Below are positions 26,044 to 35,818 of a stretch of 64,000 nt of DNA, piece after piece. This DNA comes from Candidatus Omnitrophota bacterium (GTDB taxonomy: Bacteria; Omnitrophota; Gorgyraeia; 2-01-FULL-45-10). The position numbers were made by a program, and so were the translations under genes. Where the stretch lies: assembly GCA_030695905.1 (NCBI GenBank), contig JAUYOL010000043.1:64998-128997 (forward strand), given 5' to 3'. Each line of letters opens with the position of its first letter. The stretch's first letter is position 1. A model generated the notes under the pieces. The model was not told the DNA's origin. It ran no database searches and saw only the letters and a list, made by a program, of their open reading frames with translations.

Positions 26044-29000
26044 TTAGTTTCCCCAGCAGACATCGTCAAAATCGCACTTTTGACATTTGTCATCATCTCT
26101 TTCGGGCAGCTTCTCGAAGCTCAAAGCCTTTATATCCGCCCATACTTTTTTAATCAACTCTTCCATATTACGGACCATATCTTCGGAAATTTCTACCGAA
26201 AAATTCGCGTAGTCGCCTTTTCTGTATCCGTACTTCCTTAATTCGGATTTCAAAGGCTCTATGAACGCGAGAACGCCATGGCTTACTTTTATGCCCACGG
26301 GCACAGACTTGTCCCTTTCGTAAAGTAATTTATAGCATACCAGCTGCCTTAAATATCCGTCGCATTCGTCGCTTGCCAGATCGCAGGCCTCGCTTATCTT
26401 CTTTATATGGTCATCGCCTTTACCGGTTTTATAATCGACTATCCTTACCAGGGATCTTTTCTCATCTTCCCATTCGACCTTATCGTACTTTCCGGTGAAT
26501 ATTATATTTTCACCTATGGTTATAAGTATCTTCTTCTCCAGGTCTATGGGCATCACAGGTTCTTTCGACGCTTTTTCAAACCAATTTTTTATATCATCGC
26601 TTTCGGCTTTCTTCAGGCATTCGGATTCCATTAGCTTGTCCGGTCCCTGATTCTTCAGCTCTTTTTTAAACTCATCCAGAAAGAACCTGAATTTTGGGAA
26701 AAATCTGCTATTTTTATACTCCTTATATACTTCTTCCAGCGCCTTATGTACGCAATTTCCGAATACAAGGCTCTTCTTCTTGGCGCCCGGTATCTTTAAT
26801 ACGTCGTTATACAGAAATTTGCGTTTGCAGGTTATGTAATTATTAACGCGCGTCGGGTTCAGGGAAAGATTGCCGACCATATCTTCCAATATCGCTTCTG
26901 TCCCTATGAACGGGTCAGATACGTCGGCAAGCTCCAGCGATTTTGACACAACATCTTCCTCGTTTACAAATTCCGGGCTTTCCCTGTGAATATCGATGTT
27001 GTCAAGATATGAGCTTGATATCGTATTTTCCGTCGGGCTTGCTGTAAGCGTAAGCGTTGATTTTGCCCTTGTTATGGCCACATAGAAGAGCCTCGTCTCG
27101 TCGTAGAGCGCGAGTTGTTTTAAAAGAGACTTTTCTTTTATCCTCTCCTTTGTTTTGAATAACGTCGCCGGCAGAGGTATCTTTTCCGGTATGGGCCTTG
27201 CCGGCCAATTCTTGTTTTGCAGGCAGAAAGGTATTAATACGGAGTGGAACTCCTGTCCCTTGGAGCCATGCGCCGTATAAATTCTCACCCCGTCCTGTGT
27301 CATAGTGACGAGCTGGCCCTGCACGGGCAGGTTGTGGTCGCGGCGCGTCTTCATCTCGAGGATAAAATCGTTTAGCCTTATGCCGGGTTTCGCAAGATCC
27401 GCGTTCTTGACCATGTTTACAAAAGAAGTCACCGCCCTTAAATCCCTGATCCTTAATATTTTTTTGTCGGCATACTCTTTGAGGATGTGCTTAAATATTC
27501 CGGCGTCTTTTATGTAATTTAACAGGATAGTGTGAATGGTCCTTGTCTGGGCATCGTCGAAGAGATTTTTTATTGCCTCATATGCGCGGTGCGGTTTGAA
27601 ATGTTCGAAAAATTCGGATAATAAAGTTACGCTCCTGTCTTTCTCTTTCTTTTTGTTTACCATGTTGACAAATTTCAGTACTTGGGCGTGCGGTATGCCG
27701 AAATAATCCGAAGTCAGCACTTTGTAGAATACCAGGTCTTTGGATCCGATGTCATTGCTTTCCATCGAAATCAGCTCGAGGACATCCAACAGCTGCTTTA
27801 CGCGCTTATGGGAACTTATATCTTCTTTTCCATCGGTTGCGTAAGGTATCCCCGCCTGTATAAAAGCATCTATGATCTTTGGTATATTGTTCCTCTTCCT
27901 GACGAGTACGGCGATATTATTGTACGGATGATTGCGTTCTTCGGCAGAGATTTCTTTAGAGCACAGTATCCTTTCCCTCAACTCTTTGACCTTGTCCACC
28001 ATATATAAAAGCTCTTCGTCTTCCGTAGTAAACTCCCTGAAGAGGATCTCCTTATCCTTGTAGTCCTTTAAGCTCTCCAGCCTCTTTTCGGCCATCCTCT
28101 CTTCGCGGGGTATTATGTTTATTATGTTTTTTGATACTTGTATAAGATCGTTGGTGGAGCGGTAATTATCTTCTAAGGATATCTCTTTGAGCTTTGGAAA
28201 TCTTTCCTTTAGTGCCCTGAAATTTCCCACGCTGGCTCCCTGAAATCTATATATGGATTGATCGTCATCTCCGACACAGCAGAGGTTGGGATCCTTATCA
28301 TCAATAAGGCTGAATAATAGGTCCAGCTGCGCTCCATTAGTATCCTGATATTCATCGACCATGACATACAGGTATTGCTTTCTGTATTTTTTCCGCAGGG
28401 CCAGTTCTTTCTTAAGCGCCTCGGTCGCGAACAGTATCATGTCGTCATAATCATATCTGCCGCGTTCATCGAATATCTCTTTATTATTGCCGCGTTTTAA
28501 GTCTTCATACATCCTGTATGCTACCGCAAGCGCTTTTAGGCGCCCTATATGCTTGTCCTCCAGGTATGGATCGAGTTTTTTATGCTTCGCGAGATAGCCG
28601 TCAAGTGAGTCGGGCTTTATCCCGTCTTTCTTTAGTTCCCCTATCTTCTGTTTGATCTCGCCCAGATATATATACGGAGCGTTAAATGGCCTTATTTCGT
28701 CCACGCCCTTGGCGTGATCGAGTATATACTCTATCGCCCTTACCTGTTCAACCTCGTCCATCTGGATCTTGTCGCCGGCATAGTTTGCGGCTTCTTCCGA
28801 TTCTTGAATTATTGAATTCGCGAAGCTATGGAACGTGCCGACGTCTATGTCGTAGCCCTTGGCGCCTATTATCCTGGCAAGACGTTCTTTCATGGCTTTG
28901 GTCGCGGCATTGGTATAAGTGAGTATAAGTATGTTTTCGGGAAGGACGTCCGGTTTTTTGCTTAAGATGGCCTTGGCTCTTACCGATAATAGCTGGGTCT

Positions 29001-29136
29001 TGCCTGTACCGGGCCCGGCGAGGACAAGCAGAGGGCCGTCTATGGTGTCGACGGCCAGTTTTTGCTTCCCGTTCAGCTTGGCGTAGAATTCTTCCAGAGT
29101 ACTATGCGGATTTTCTTTTTTTAAGGAGTTTTTCAA
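26044..29136 (-). CDS. UvrD/PcrA-type helicase fused to a C-terminal PD-(D/E)xK (RecB/Cas4-like) nuclease with a Cys cluster
   Basis: 1030 aa. N-terminal AGPGTGKTQ and the C-terminal VDYKTGK, QLVCYKLLY and C..C.......C motifs. Confidence 0.65.
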   Translation of the reverse strand: MKNSLKKENPHSTLEEFYAKLNGKQKLAVDTIDGPLLVLAGPGTGKTQLLSVRAKAILSKKPDVLPENILILTYTNAATKAMKERLARIIGAKGYDIDVGTFHSFANSIIQESEEAANYAGDKIQMDEVEQVRAIEYILDHAKGVDEIRPFNAPYIYLGEIKQKIGELKKDGIKPDSLDGYLAKHKKLDPYLEDKHIGRLKALAVAYRMYEDLKRGNNKEIFDERGRYDYDDMILFATEALKKELALRKKYRKQYLYVMVDEYQDTNGAQLDLLFSLIDDKDPNLCCVGDDDQSIYRFQGASVGNFRALKERFPKLKEISLEDNYRSTNDLIQVSKNIINIIPREERMAEKRLESLKDYKDKEILFREFTTEDEELLYMVDKVKELRERILCSKEISAEERNHPYNNIAVLVRKRNNIPKIIDAFIQAGIPYATDGKEDISSHKRVKQLLDVLELISMESNDIGSKDLVFYKVLTSDYFGIPHAQVLKFVNMVNKKKEKDRSVTLLSEFFEHFKPHRAYEAIKNLFDDAQTRTIHTILLNYIKDAGIFKHILKEYADKKILRIRDLRAVTSFVNMVKNADLAKPGIRLNDFILEMKTRRDHNLPVQGQLVTMTQDGVRIYTAHGSKGQEFHSVLIPFCLQNKNWPARPIPEKIPLPATLFKTKERIKEKSLLKQLALYDETRLFYVAITRAKSTLTLTASPTENTISSSYLDNIDIHRESPEFVNEEDVVSKSLELADVSDPFIGTEAILEDMVGNLSLNPTRVNNYITCKRKFLYNDVLKIPGAKKKSLVFGNCVHKALEEVYKEYKNSRFFPKFRFFLDEFKKELKNQGPDKLMESECLKKAESDDIKNWFEKASKEPVMPIDLEKKILITIGENIIFTGKYDKVEWEDEKRSLVRIVDYKTGKGDDHIKKISEACDLASDECDGYLRQLVCYKLLYERDKSVPVGIKVSHGVLAFIEPLKSELRKYGYRKGDYANFSVEISEDMVRNMEELIKKVWADIKALSFEKLPERDDDKCQKCDFDDVCWGN

Positions 29137-29374
29137 TTTTTGAAATAATTTTAGGATCGCGTGTATAGCTATATCCTGTAGTGGATGTGGTCCTGTGCGC
29201 CGCTAATATTTTTAGTTTAACCAGGTCTTCAAGAGCTTTTCTAACCTTTGAGCGCTCCTCGCGTACCCATGTGGAAATACCTCGCGGCGTATCTATAGAG
29301 GCCTGGTTTTCATGAAAGAATTTCATTATCTTAAAGTGCAGTTCCGATAAAGCGGTCTTGTCATCGTTTGCCAT
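29102..29374 (-). CDS. small hypothetical protein (possible winged-helix)
   Basis: About 90 aa. Overlaps both neighbours. Confidence 0.3.
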   Translation of the reverse strand: MANDDKTALSELHFKIMKFFHENQASIDTPRGISTWVREERSKVRKALEDLVKLKILAAHRTTSTTGYSYTRDPKIISKIEKLLKKRKSA

Positions 29375-30884
29375 GTTTTTCCCTCGCAAGCATTTCACTT
29401 ATATCTTTTCTCTTTATGACTTCTAAAAACGCCTGTACTACTTTTGGATCAAATTGTTTTCCTGAGCTGTTGCGGATCTCTTCGGCCGCCGCGTTTATGG
29501 ATTTAGGCGTCCTGTAAGGCTTTTTCGTTATCATGGCCTCAAAAGCGCTCACTACCGCCATTATCCTGGCGCCTACAGGGATCTGGTCTTTCTTCAGTCC
29601 TTTGGGATAGCCTGTGCCGTCGTAGTTTTCATGGTGATGGAGTATTATAGGGATTATCGACTTTAATGCCTTTATCGGTTTTAATATTTCTGCGCCTATT
29701 ATCGGATGTTCTTTTACCAGATTATACTGTTTTTCGGTGAGCTTCGCGGGTTTTTTAAGGACTTCTTCGGGCACGATCAGCTGCCCCGCGTCATGCAACA
29801 GTATCGAGTATTCTATGCTCTTGAGCTCATATCCGGAAAGGTGTAATTTTTGTCCGACCAGCGTCGTTATCCTTAAAAATGAAGCCCGCGGCATATACTG
29901 GCCGCTTTTGCGCGTGCTCACTATTGCCGCAAGGGACTTTATCATTCCAAATGTTAATTTCTCCTGCTCCTTATATAGATGCGCGTTCTTTATCGCTATT
30001 ACCGCCTGCTCGGCAAGGGTGGACATTATCTCCTGGTCGAATTGCGTGAAGGGTTTGCCGTCTATCTTGTCATATAGCGTTATAACACCGATGACATCCT
30101 CGTCTATCAAAGGTGTGGCCAGGTGATTTTTGTCGCGTATCGGCCTGCCGAATTTCGCGGCTTTGCCCGGCGACCAGCGGCCTATGCGCACCTTCTTAAG
30201 CTTTGATTTAGTTTCTCTCAAGTCTACAGTGGCCTTCGGCAGCAGCAGTTTTTTGGTGGAATCTACAAGTTTTATGGAACATCTGTTGGCCCTTATTACT
30301 TGCAATGAAAGTCTCGCCACTCGAGGCAGAAGCTCGTTCATATCAAGGGTAGAGCCTATAAGCCTGTGCACCGTGTGGACCGTCGATAACGCTATAGCGC
30401 GCGGACGTATCGTCTCATACAATTTGGATAGCTCAAGTTCTTTCTGCACTTCTTTTACTATAGTATCCGTAAAAGCGGCGAAGATGTCCATTATCTCGTC
30501 GGAGACATCTTTTTTGGTATAACATGCGCCTATGTAGCCGTATAGTTTGTCGCCCTGCGAAATAGGATAGATGAATCCGCGCAGGCCCTCTATGCATTCA
30601 AACCGCACCATCCTTTTCTCCAGGCCGGCCTTTTCCACCATATCTTCCAACATCCTGACGCAGCTGGCGCCTTTTTGGAAATCAGGTTTTTTAAGAAATG
30701 GGCATGTGTTTAAGACGAGTTTCTTTATAGACGCCGCTGAAGGATGCGGCTCCTCTATGAGCCACCACATAGCGCTCTTTAGGCATGAGCCGAAACATTC
30801 TTCTTCTTTTTTCAGGCTTACGCTCTTCTTCAGCTTGTCAAAAAGTTCCTGTTGGTATTCCCTGTCTGTAAATTCCTGCTTCAT
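29361..30884 (-). CDS. GAF domain - HD-GYP phosphodiesterase (c-di-GMP hydrolysis)
   Basis: HD...HHENYDGTGYP signature. Confidence 0.75.
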   Translation of the reverse strand: MKQEFTDREYQQELFDKLKKSVSLKKEEECFGSCLKSAMWWLIEEPHPSAASIKKLVLNTCPFLKKPDFQKGASCVRMLEDMVEKAGLEKRMVRFECIEGLRGFIYPISQGDKLYGYIGACYTKKDVSDEIMDIFAAFTDTIVKEVQKELELSKLYETIRPRAIALSTVHTVHRLIGSTLDMNELLPRVARLSLQVIRANRCSIKLVDSTKKLLLPKATVDLRETKSKLKKVRIGRWSPGKAAKFGRPIRDKNHLATPLIDEDVIGVITLYDKIDGKPFTQFDQEIMSTLAEQAVIAIKNAHLYKEQEKLTFGMIKSLAAIVSTRKSGQYMPRASFLRITTLVGQKLHLSGYELKSIEYSILLHDAGQLIVPEEVLKKPAKLTEKQYNLVKEHPIIGAEILKPIKALKSIIPIILHHHENYDGTGYPKGLKKDQIPVGARIMAVVSAFEAMITKKPYRTPKSINAAAEEIRNSSGKQFDPKVVQAFLEVIKRKDISEMLAREKHGKR

Positions 30885-30940
30885 AAGATTAGATTATATT
30901 GTCCTTTATGAATATTGTCAATTTGTAACGGCCCGGGCGG

Positions 30941-31441
30941 TTATCTGTAATTACAGAAAGTAAGAGCTAAGGGATAATCTATCTTTTTAAGATGCGCTAT
31001 GACCGACTGCAAGTCATCTTTTTTCGGCGAAGAGACCCTTATCTTCTCTCCTTCTATCTGCGCCTGGACTTTAAATCCCAGCCCTTTTATTATTTTAACG
31101 AGTTCCTTGGCCTTATCCTGCGGTATGCCGGCGGCCAGATCCGCTATCTGCTGAAGGCATCCGCCGAATATGCTTTGCGGCTCCGCGAATGTCAGAAGCT
31201 TCATCGAGACGCCTCTCTTCGCGAGTTTTGCCGCAAGTATATCATTTACAGAGCGCAGCTTAAAATCGTCATCACCCACAAGCGTTATCTTTTTCTCGTT
31301 CCGGTTGTAATCGATAGACGACTTACTGCCCCTGAAATCGAATCTCTGCGCGAGCTCTTTCTTGGCCTGGTTTACCGCGTTGTCCACTTCCTGCAGGTCC
31401 GCTTCGGAAATTATGTCGAATGAAAAACTTTCTTTTGCCAT
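30941..31441 (-). CDS. yajQ: YajQ family (UPF0234) nucleotide-binding protein
   Basis: Starts MAKESFSFDIISEADLQEVDNAVNQAKKELAQRFDFRG. Confidence 0.75.
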   Translation of the reverse strand: MAKESFSFDIISEADLQEVDNAVNQAKKELAQRFDFRGSKSSIDYNRNEKKITLVGDDDFKLRSVNDILAAKLAKRGVSMKLLTFAEPQSIFGGCLQQIADLAAGIPQDKAKELVKIIKGLGFKVQAQIEGEKIRVSSPKKDDLQSVIAHLKKIDYPLALTFCNYR

Positions 31442-31442
31442 A

Positions 31443-32192
31443 TTATTTTTCCCTTGCGCTTATTATAGCATGCCTGTCGGCATGTTTCATCATTTTCTTG
31501 CTTAAGTACGCCTTTCTCTTTGGCTCGGGAAATTTTTCAATGGCGTATCTTAACATCGTCCGCGGCATATTTTCGCAGTGGACGGACAAAAAGCCTTCAA
31601 GGGTCTTTACATCACGCTTGCCCACTTCCCGCAGCATCCAGCCGACAGCTTTATGGATAAGATCTTCTTTATCGCCCATGAGCATTCCGGATAATCTTAG
31701 AGTCTCTTCAAAATCGTTATTTCTTATATAGTAAAATGTGGCTATTACGGCTAATCGTCTTTCCCAGAGATTTTTGGATTTCGCAAGCTCATAGAGCGCG
31801 CGCTTATCTTTATCATTAAGAAATCCGCCTATTATATGATGCGCGGTCAGATCCACCAGGTCCCAATTATTTACAAATGCGGAATTCTTCATGTATAACC
31901 GGTATATCTTCTTTTTGCCGGTATCATCGGCAGATTTGAATTTATAGACGAGTATTAAAAGCGCGGTAAGTCTCTCCTCGTGAATGGGGGATCTTAAGAG
32001 TTTTGGCAGGTATTTTAAACCTATATCTTTGAATTCTTTGACAACTTTCCTGGCATAAGGCACCATAACCCCGATAAATATGTCACCCTGGGCGTACTCA
32101 CCGGGGCCTGTTTTAAAAAACCGCTGGAGAACGGGGATTTTTTTCTTATTACTGTATTGCTTTAATCTTTTTTTAATAGCCGATACTGACAT
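31443..32192 (-). CDS. DNA alkylation repair enzyme (AlkD/HEAT-repeat family)
   Basis: 249 aa of pfam DNA_alkylation type. Confidence 0.55.
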   Translation of the reverse strand: MSVSAIKKRLKQYSNKKKIPVLQRFFKTGPGEYAQGDIFIGVMVPYARKVVKEFKDIGLKYLPKLLRSPIHEERLTALLILVYKFKSADDTGKKKIYRLYMKNSAFVNNWDLVDLTAHHIIGGFLNDKDKRALYELAKSKNLWERRLAVIATFYYIRNNDFEETLRLSGMLMGDKEDLIHKAVGWMLREVGKRDVKTLEGFLSVHCENMPRTMLRYAIEKFPEPKRKAYLSKKMMKHADRHAIISAREK

Positions 32193-32594
32193 TTACTTCT
32201 TTATTATTTTAAAGCTCCAAACCGTATCATGCCGGCTCCAGATCCTCGCTGAAGCATCGCGCTGTTCGACATACCAGCTGTATGTGACGCCGTCTTCGAA
32301 TTTATCAGCGGGGACATCTATTGAAAATACATTCTGAGGCAACTCTTCCGATACGACAAAATCATACTTAAAGCCTTTGATCAATTTGAACCGGTAGGCG
32401 TCCCTGCCCCCTCCCGGAACGGGAGAATTTTTCCATTTAAATGTTATGCCCGGCTTCTCTGTAAGGTCTATCGTAATCTCGTCATCCGGGGAAAGGAATG
32501 GGACATTCGGCACGTCGCTTCTCCTGCCGGTGGCAAATGCGCCTGAAGCGAGTAAAAGGCATATCACCATTAAAATAAACGCTTTTTTGGCCAC
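32193..32594 (-). CDS. secreted hypothetical protein
   Basis: Signal peptide. Confidence 0.35.
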   Translation of the reverse strand: MAKKAFILMVICLLLASGAFATGRRSDVPNVPFLSPDDEITIDLTEKPGITFKWKNSPVPGGGRDAYRFKLIKGFKYDFVVSEELPQNVFSIDVPADKFEDGVTYSWYVEQRDASARIWSRHDTVWSFKIIKK

Positions 32595-32636
32595 ATTACC
32601 TCCTTACGATCTGGGTAGCGTTACCTCTTCCTGATC

Positions 32637-33338
32637 TTACATGAACCTGCCAAGAAGGCTGTAAGTTTTCAGAGACCTGACTAACACCCTTGCGCAGCGC
32701 GGCACCTTTACCTTATTCTTGATAAGGATATTATCCGCGGAAATCTCTCTTCCGTAAAGTTCCCTGTTGCCATCCCAATGTTGCGCAAGCACGGCGCCCT
32801 CGAGCTTTATCCCTATAAACAATCCCCTGCTTCTGGAATATGATAATATACCGCCCTTTAATTGAATGTCCGTAGCGGCGGACGCGCTCCTGCCGACCGG
32901 CCCCGCTGCAACAGAAGCGTCGGCGCCCAATTTTACCTTGCCGCTTAAAAGCGCGTCTACGCTCTTTTTATCCATAAAAAGTAAAACTATATCTGTGGCC
33001 TGTCCGCCTATTTGCCAGCCTATGCTGCCGCCTCCGAGTGTGAATATGGCTGGGGGTGACCATCGCCCATTATTGTTTACCAGTATAACGCCCTGGCCGT
33101 ATTGACCTCCGATACCGATACCCGCGGAAATAGTATTCGGGAATATGGCTATTGCCTGTGCTTTTAGGAGGGCACCTTCGGGTATGCCCTGATCGGGCAT
33201 CTTCCTTATCTCTGTCATTACCTTAGTGCATTCCTTGATAAGCCTGGTCCATTTATTATCCGGCTCTTTAGCGCATCCGGTAAGCACAGTCAAAATCGTA
33301 AAAGCGGCTATTAACAAGACCCATCTTTTATTTACCAT
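32637..33338 (-). CDS. Ysc84/DUF500 family lipoprotein
   Basis: Lipobox LTGC, plus GGSIGWQIGG and LFIGIKLEG motifs. Confidence 0.5.
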   Translation of the reverse strand: MVNKRWVLLIAAFTILTVLTGCAKEPDNKWTRLIKECTKVMTEIRKMPDQGIPEGALLKAQAIAIFPNTISAGIGIGGQYGQGVILVNNNGRWSPPAIFTLGGGSIGWQIGGQATDIVLLFMDKKSVDALLSGKVKLGADASVAAGPVGRSASAATDIQLKGGILSYSRSRGLFIGIKLEGAVLAQHWDGNRELYGREISADNILIKNKVKVPRCARVLVRSLKTYSLLGRFM

Positions 33339-33441
33339 GCACGCCTCTCTTATTTTTTAACCCCTCTTCCTGGGGTAGGGACACCCTATAACTTTACAGG
33401 GCGCCTCTGTATCAGGATAGGTAATGATTGTGTAGGAAAGC

Positions 33442-33690
33442 CTACACTTTATATACGATGTCGTCTTTACGGACCTTCTGCTCCACTTTTATACTGATAA
33501 GATCTCCGGCCTTCGCCTCCTGCGCCGGAACGCGATCTATCTGCATACTCAATATATCCTGTGTGAAATCCGAGGTATTTCCTTTTATGCGTATCTTATC
33601 GCCCACCTTCAGCGCATCGCTCAACTTTATCATCCCCACGCTGATGTTGCTGAAAAAATGATCCACCGTCCCTATCTGCTTCTCGTCCAT
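33442..33690 (-). CDS. hypothetical 82-aa protein
   Basis: ORF with good coding look. No family recognised. Confidence 0.3.
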   Translation of the reverse strand: MDEKQIGTVDHFFSNISVGMIKLSDALKVGDKIRIKGNTSDFTQDILSMQIDRVPAQEAKAGDLISIKVEQKVRKDDIVYKV

Positions 33691-33947
33691 ATGCTCCCCC
33701 TTTATTTACAAACGAATTTTAACGTAGTCTTCCAGGATTCCAGTTTCTTATTTTTTGATATCCCCGCATAAGCCTATTCCGGATTTTGACAATAGCGCAT
33801 TCTTCATTCCGTATATTATGCCGAAACCTTTACCGGTTTCTTGCCCCACCTGAAAATCTTCCCAAACCATCTTTTACACTTGGTCTGCACCTTGTATCTT
33901 CTCCTGCACAATAGACTGGCTATTAACTTCATAAGACCTCTTTTTAG

Positions 33948-34076
33948 TTATTTGCAGCACTCATCCGTCTTCTTGCAAACCTTGCAGAACGTATCATGCA
34001 CGCACTTTGCAGCCCTGAAAACGAACGAAAATATCACTATAAGAAGAACGATCTGCCCAAACAGTCCCCAGCTCAT
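33948..34076 (-). CDS. 42-aa membrane mini-protein with Cys-rich tail, not in the ORF track
   Basis: AGGAGG RBS 6 nt before the ATG. Translates to MSWGLFGQIVLLIVIFSFVFRAAKCVHDTFCKVCKKTDECCK. Confidence 0.35.
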   Translation of the reverse strand: MSWGLFGQIVLLIVIFSFVFRAAKCVHDTFCKVCKKTDECCK

Positions 34077-34097
34077 ACGCACCTCCTGTTTATGTTT

Positions 34098-34496
34098 TTA
34101 CTCTTTTTGTTTCAATGCAATGTGAACGGGATTAGGCTGTAACTTATACTGTGTCCCCGCGCATATATCAAATACCCAACCTAAGGGCCCCCAGCAAAGC
34201 GTGTTACCGGCCACGGCCTCGCTTATAACATGAGTCAATTTAACCGTCTGGCTTTCATATCCGTCTTTCGAAAATACAAGCGTATGGTCACGCCTTCTTT
34301 CGAGCCGCAGCTTCACAGGCGCAGTATGCGATTCTTTTTCATCAACCAAAACAGTCGCGCCCGACGGATCAGATGTTACCTGGATCTTTTGCGACGTACC
34401 GTTTACTATGGTAGCACATCCCGATATAGATGCAACGAGAAGCCCTATAATCATAAGCACATATATTCTATATACTTGACTTAATACAACCTTCAT
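34098..34496 (-). CDS. PEGA domain lipoprotein
   Basis: Lipobox ISGC and PEGA-like segment GATVLVD...KDGYESQTVKL. Confidence 0.5.
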   Translation of the reverse strand: MKVVLSQVYRIYVLMIIGLLVASISGCATIVNGTSQKIQVTSDPSGATVLVDEKESHTAPVKLRLERRRDHTLVFSKDGYESQTVKLTHVISEAVAGNTLCWGPLGWVFDICAGTQYKLQPNPVHIALKQKE

Positions 34497-34615
34497 ACAA
34501 TCTTGACTCCCGCGCCTCTAAGGTCCTTAGTAAGAAAGTAACTTAACATTGTACGGATGACTACTATTGCGCCCAACATCCCTGGTGGTGGCACTGTTTT
34601 TTTACTTTCGGTTTC

Positions 34616-34879
34616 TTATCTATTATAAACTTCGCGTCTATGGCCTATATCTATTACGAGTACCGTTAGAATGCTATGTTCTATCGAATAGATTATGCGG
34701 TACATACCTACCCTGTATGACCATTTACCTTTTAATGTGAGTCTTAAAGACTTGCCTTGATGGGGATCTTGAGCAATAGAGCTTAAAGCAGCTCTTACCC
34801 GTAAAAATATATTTTTATTGGTGCCATAGAGGTAGGAATATTCTTTTTGCGCGTTCTTTGTAAGGACTATCTTATACAA
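34616..34879 (-). CDS. relE: type II toxin, RelE/ParE family
   Basis: 87 aa containing YRIIYSI...VLVIDIGHRREVY. Confidence 0.7.
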   Translation of the reverse strand: MYKIVLTKNAQKEYSYLYGTNKNIFLRVRAALSSIAQDPHQGKSLRLTLKGKWSYRVGMYRIIYSIEHSILTVLVIDIGHRREVYNR

Positions 34880-35144
34880 TGCCGAGTTCCTTTTCTATCT
34901 TGTCCAAACTCTTTACATCGCCTTTTCTAATCTCTTTTTCCGCCTGTTTGATGCTTTTCATCAATCTTGGATCAGATAAGATGCTCAAAGTTTCTATCAA
35001 GCTCTCGTAATCATCGATAGACATCATCATGGCAACCGGCTTGCCCCGCCTGGTTATGACAAATCTATCCATCTTTGAATCTACCTCATTTACCACTCTG
35101 GGCAGACTGGGCCTCAATTTTTTTAATGTTATACTCTTTGTCAT
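34872..35144 (-). CDS. type II antitoxin, Phd/YefM family
   Basis: GGAGGTG RBS. Starts MTKSITLKK... and overlaps the toxin start by 8 nt. Confidence 0.65.
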   Translation of the reverse strand: MTKSITLKKLRPSLPRVVNEVDSKMDRFVITRRGKPVAMMMSIDDYESLIETLSILSDPRLMKSIKQAEKEIRKGDVKSLDKIEKELGIV

Positions 35145-35163
35145 TTTATTCACCTCCAAACCA

Positions 35164-35192
35164 AGTATACACTATAGTGTATACCTTGTCAA
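35164..35192 (-). promoter_or_regulatory. TA promoter TTGACA-N17-TATACT overlapping a 20-bp perfect palindrome operator GTATACACTATAGTGTATAC (35165-35184)
   Basis: Read directly from the sequence. Confidence 0.6.
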
Positions 35193-35258
35193 CCCCTATG
35201 AAAAGTTTCTGTGTATTGCATGTCTCCTCATTAGGATGGCCCCGGTCTACTTATCTAT

Positions 35259-35705
35259 TTATTTTTTTGCTTTTGCGCTATATTTTTCCGGATTTTTATT
35301 AAATTCCGCGGTACACGCAGGGCAGCAAAGACTATACGCCTCTTCCTTGTATTCTACAGTAGCGGGATTCTTCATATCTACTTTTTCACCAGTAACAGGG
35401 CAAACTGTATTATTAACTTTTACTACCGCAGCCTTGGCGTCGCCGGCCGATTTTTCCTCTACCCCGCATACTCCGCACATAGCAAAAGCGCTATTGCACA
35501 CAAATATTACCGCTACCGCAATACCTATAATTCTCCTGACCATATCCACCTCCTGCATTTTATGGAGTGTCCCCAAATGGACCGTCCCCGACTTACCTCC
35601 ACATCCCTTAGATTCCTTCTTATGTTTTGACAGCCACTCCTCATAATATTTGCACTTCGCCGTTTCATCCTGGATCTCCTGAAAACAATACGGGCACTTT
35701 TTCAT
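35259..35705 (-). CDS. YHS-domain (metal-binding) protein, probably starting at the internal MVRRIIG
   Basis: C-terminal segment CPVTGEKVD...YSLCCPACTAEFNKNPEKY matches the YHS/TRASH pattern. Confidence 0.5.
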   Translation of the reverse strand: MKKCPYCFQEIQDETAKCKYYEEWLSKHKKESKGCGGKSGTVHLGTLHKMQEVDMVRRIIGIAVAVIFVCNSAFAMCGVCGVEEKSAGDAKAAVVKVNNTVCPVTGEKVDMKNPATVEYKEEAYSLCCPACTAEFNKNPEKYSAKAKK

Positions 35706-35818
35706 AGCATCCTCCCTTTTTTGTTTTACAGATCTCTCCTTTTTACTGGGGCGTCCCCTTCTCGCCCGTCCCCGAATCTATTCTTGTGTGTCCAAGCGAC
35801 ACGTCCCCCATCTTCGTG

